Source: Vitrella brassicaformis CCMP3155 (lineage: Eukaryota; Protista; Chromerida). From it: DNA of 64,000 bases. The stretch spans positions 1 through 64,000 of the forward strand of contig CDMY01000421.1 in the NCBI GenBank assembly GCA_001179505.1, in the 5' to 3' direction. A model generated the notes under the pieces. The model was not told where the DNA came from and did no database searches. It saw only the letters and a program-made list of their open reading frames with translations. Shown one piece after another: positions 62,013 through 64,000 of the stretch (the first letter of the stretch is position 1; every line of letters begins with the position of its first letter). Both the position numbers and the translations under genes were made by a program.

Positions 62013-63816
62013 GGGGGGGGAGGGGAGGGGGGCTGTTTCTCATATGGCGGATGGATGGATGGGTGGATGGATGGGATGGACCAAGAGGCAGGCAGACAGA
62101 CAGGCAGGTGGCCAGACGGGCAGCTCTCTCCCTCTCTCCATCTGGTGTATTGCATCGTGTGTGGGGTCGTTGCGTTTTACCCCCTCTCCCTCTCTCTTTC
62201 AATGACGGTCTGTGTCGCCTTGCTGTGTTTTGTTTGCTGACCGTCCATTGTATGTTCGAGTTCCGAGCTACTGGCTAGCCCAGCTTGTGCAGTGCCTGGA
62301 TGCCTCCGGGGGGAGGGAGGGAGGGGCAGCAACAGACACACAGGAGAGTGGGTGGATGAGCAACGGCGCTATCTATCTGTGTGAGTTGTTGATGAGCATG
62401 GTGTTCCTCTGTTCCCTCTATAACATGTGGCCCGGGAACGTACGACGGCCGGCTCGTGAAAGGGTTTGGCTGTCGATCGTTCGTGGTGGCTGTGCGCATG
62501 GAGGGACAGAGGCCGGTGCGACCGACCGACCAAAAGAGAGGAAGGAAAGAAATACAAGACGCCTGCGTGTCTGTCTGCCTCCAATATGGTTGTCGTTGTC
62601 TGATGGCGTGATTACGGAGCTGTCCTGGTCGTCAACTCCGCTGCCCAGATCGACGGGCAGCGGGGTCGACGTGCGGTGGGGCGTCACACTCACGCCAGCA
62701 CAGGCACACAATCGCGGAACTGACAAGTCAGTCAGAGCACTTCACGGATTCACTGCGTGTCGTCCTCGTCTGGTGGCCTACCCTCTCCCCGACTGTGATG
62801 GATGGATGGATGTGCCCCCTCTTTCACCTGCCTCCCCTGTCTGTTGGTCTGTCTCATCCCATTCTCTTTGTCTTCCCCTCTGCTGTCTGTCTGTCTGTCT
62901 GGTGGGCTGGTCCTCGGGCGTTGGTTGCTCACTCGTGGTGGTGTGGTTGGTCCGTCCCTCTGTGCAGAAAATGGGACGGGATAAATTAGATAGATCTGAC
63001 GAACGGCTGGGAGGGACGGGGGGAGGATAGGATGGGTCACGAGGGGGTGGCGGTACTGACGTGTTGACCTATCTATCTCTATTCTCCTGATGGATGGATG
63101 GATGGACGGATGGGCAGTTTCTGGCTGTCCTGCCTGTCATTGTGCCGTCCTGTCTCCTTCCCTGATTGCCCCCGAGCCTGCCTCGTTCACTCACTCTCTC
63201 TGCAATTTTGTGTCTCTGTTGCACGCGTGTGTGTGTGGGTGGGTGAGAGAATGATTGCCCGATTGGTCGACTCGAAGATTGTTCATGATGCTCTGTGTGT
63301 GTGGTGTGTGTGACAGTATTATCCCCCTACGTGAGTATCCATGTGAAATGCCCGTGTGCTATCTTTCTCATACCAGCGGCCAGCCAAATCGCACACGGAA
63401 CATTCTTCAAGTCCCTGTCGAATGCAATGCAGTCCCTCAGATGATGCATCGTTGAAAAACGCCACGATCAGCTAGCTGTCCATCCAGATCACGAAGGTGC
63501 GATTCAACTCAGCATGTAGCAAGGGGAGGAGGGAGGGACGGAGTGAAAGGGTAAGAGCCACGCCACGCCGCTCCCGCCCCGCCCCCCCCACTCAGCAAGC
63601 CATAGGTAGAACCTACCTAGCATGCATAAAACACGGCTGCCTGCCAGCCATCGATCGGTGCGCGCACCCACCCACCCACACGTGCACGTGCACGTGTCCG
63701 TCGCGTCACATCCATCCCCAATCAATGCACAGCAAGACAGACAGACACAGATGGGGGAGCCGAGAGAGGGAAAGGGGAGAGCGGGGGAGGGAGGGAGGGA
63801 GGGAGGGAGAGGTCGT

Positions 63817-63933
63817 TCAGGACTCTTTCTTGCCGTTGGGTTTGGTCTTGCTGCTGTGGTTGCCTCCGCCGCCTGACTTGGGAGCCGCCTTTGCGGATGA
63901 TGACTTGCTTGACGCCTGGCACTTGGCCTCCTC
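63817..63933 (-). CDS. Probable terminal exon of a gene that starts beyond the window
   Basis: TGTAG acceptor followed by 39 codons EEAKCQASSKSSSAKAAPKSGGGGNHSSKTKPNGKKES* with coding-like codon usage; product unidentifiable. Confidence 0.45.
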   Translation of the reverse strand, partial: EEAKCQASSKSSSAKAAPKSGGGGNHSSKTKPNGKKES

Positions 63934-64000
63934 CTACAGTGGACACACAACCACAGCCATCACCGCAGCGATCAATAAATGGCTGTGTGGCGTGGATTGG

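Noticed and set aside
62418-62726. Minus-strand ORF with a coding-like middle (DLGSGVDDQDSSVITPSDND)
   Set aside because: No supportable start, splice context or homology.
63487-63499. GATCACGAAGGTG matches U1 snRNA stem-loop I
   Set aside because: No ACTTACCTG 5' end, loop II or Sm site in the flanks; treated as a chance 13-mer.
700-63950. Hundreds of short ORFs rich in CVCV, THTH, SLSL and RERE
   Set aside because: They are translations of intronic (TG)n, (CA)n, (CT)n and (GA)n repeats or antisense shadows of real exons.
1-64000. CRISPR array, rRNA, tRNA or intact transposase/reverse transcriptase
   Set aside because: No regularly spaced repeat-spacer array, cloverleaf with A/B boxes, rRNA signature or DDE/RT motif was recognised by eye; tRNAscan-SE, Infernal and RepeatMasker would be needed to exclude them formally.

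Overview
This is a eukaryotic chromosome end. It begins with a (CCCTAAA)n telomere, followed by a gene-dense, intron-rich arm. The TTTAGGG telomere, GC-rich coding sequence, microsatellite-filled short introns and plastid-targeted homomeric ACC suggest a chromerid alveolate, most likely Vitrella brassicaformis (inference). Most ORFs in the supplied track are artefacts of (CA)n/(TG)n/(CT)n intron repeats, so gene models were rebuilt by hand from splice sites. Genes in order: AP-5 zeta (-), plastid ACC (+), EMC2 (-), DUF6816-like plastid protein (+), RAD6/UBC2 (-), GAR1 (+), a secreted Cys-rich protein with an apparent frameshift (+), a ~7 kb disrupted kinase-like/Pro-rich/2x(Tudor-like+IQ) locus (-), TCTP (+), a plastid helical-repeat protein (-), an F-box/C4 zinc-finger protein (+), PGDH (+), a BBOX/TMLD-type dioxygenase (+), phospholipase B-like (+), DUS2 (-), SAR1 (+), and the last exon of a gene running off the window (-). 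There are five 300-N gaps. The most interesting signals are (1) introns with (AC)n at the 5' end and (GT)n at the 3' end, suggesting structure-guided splicing, (2) a TGCGAGCT motif upstream of nearly every gene, mostly in short divergent promoters, (3) frequent GC-AG introns, (4) a perfect 16-bp stem enclosing the first DUS2 splice donor, and (5) a dispersed repeat with a conserved hairpin. No rRNA, tRNA, CRISPR array or intact transposase was recognised.
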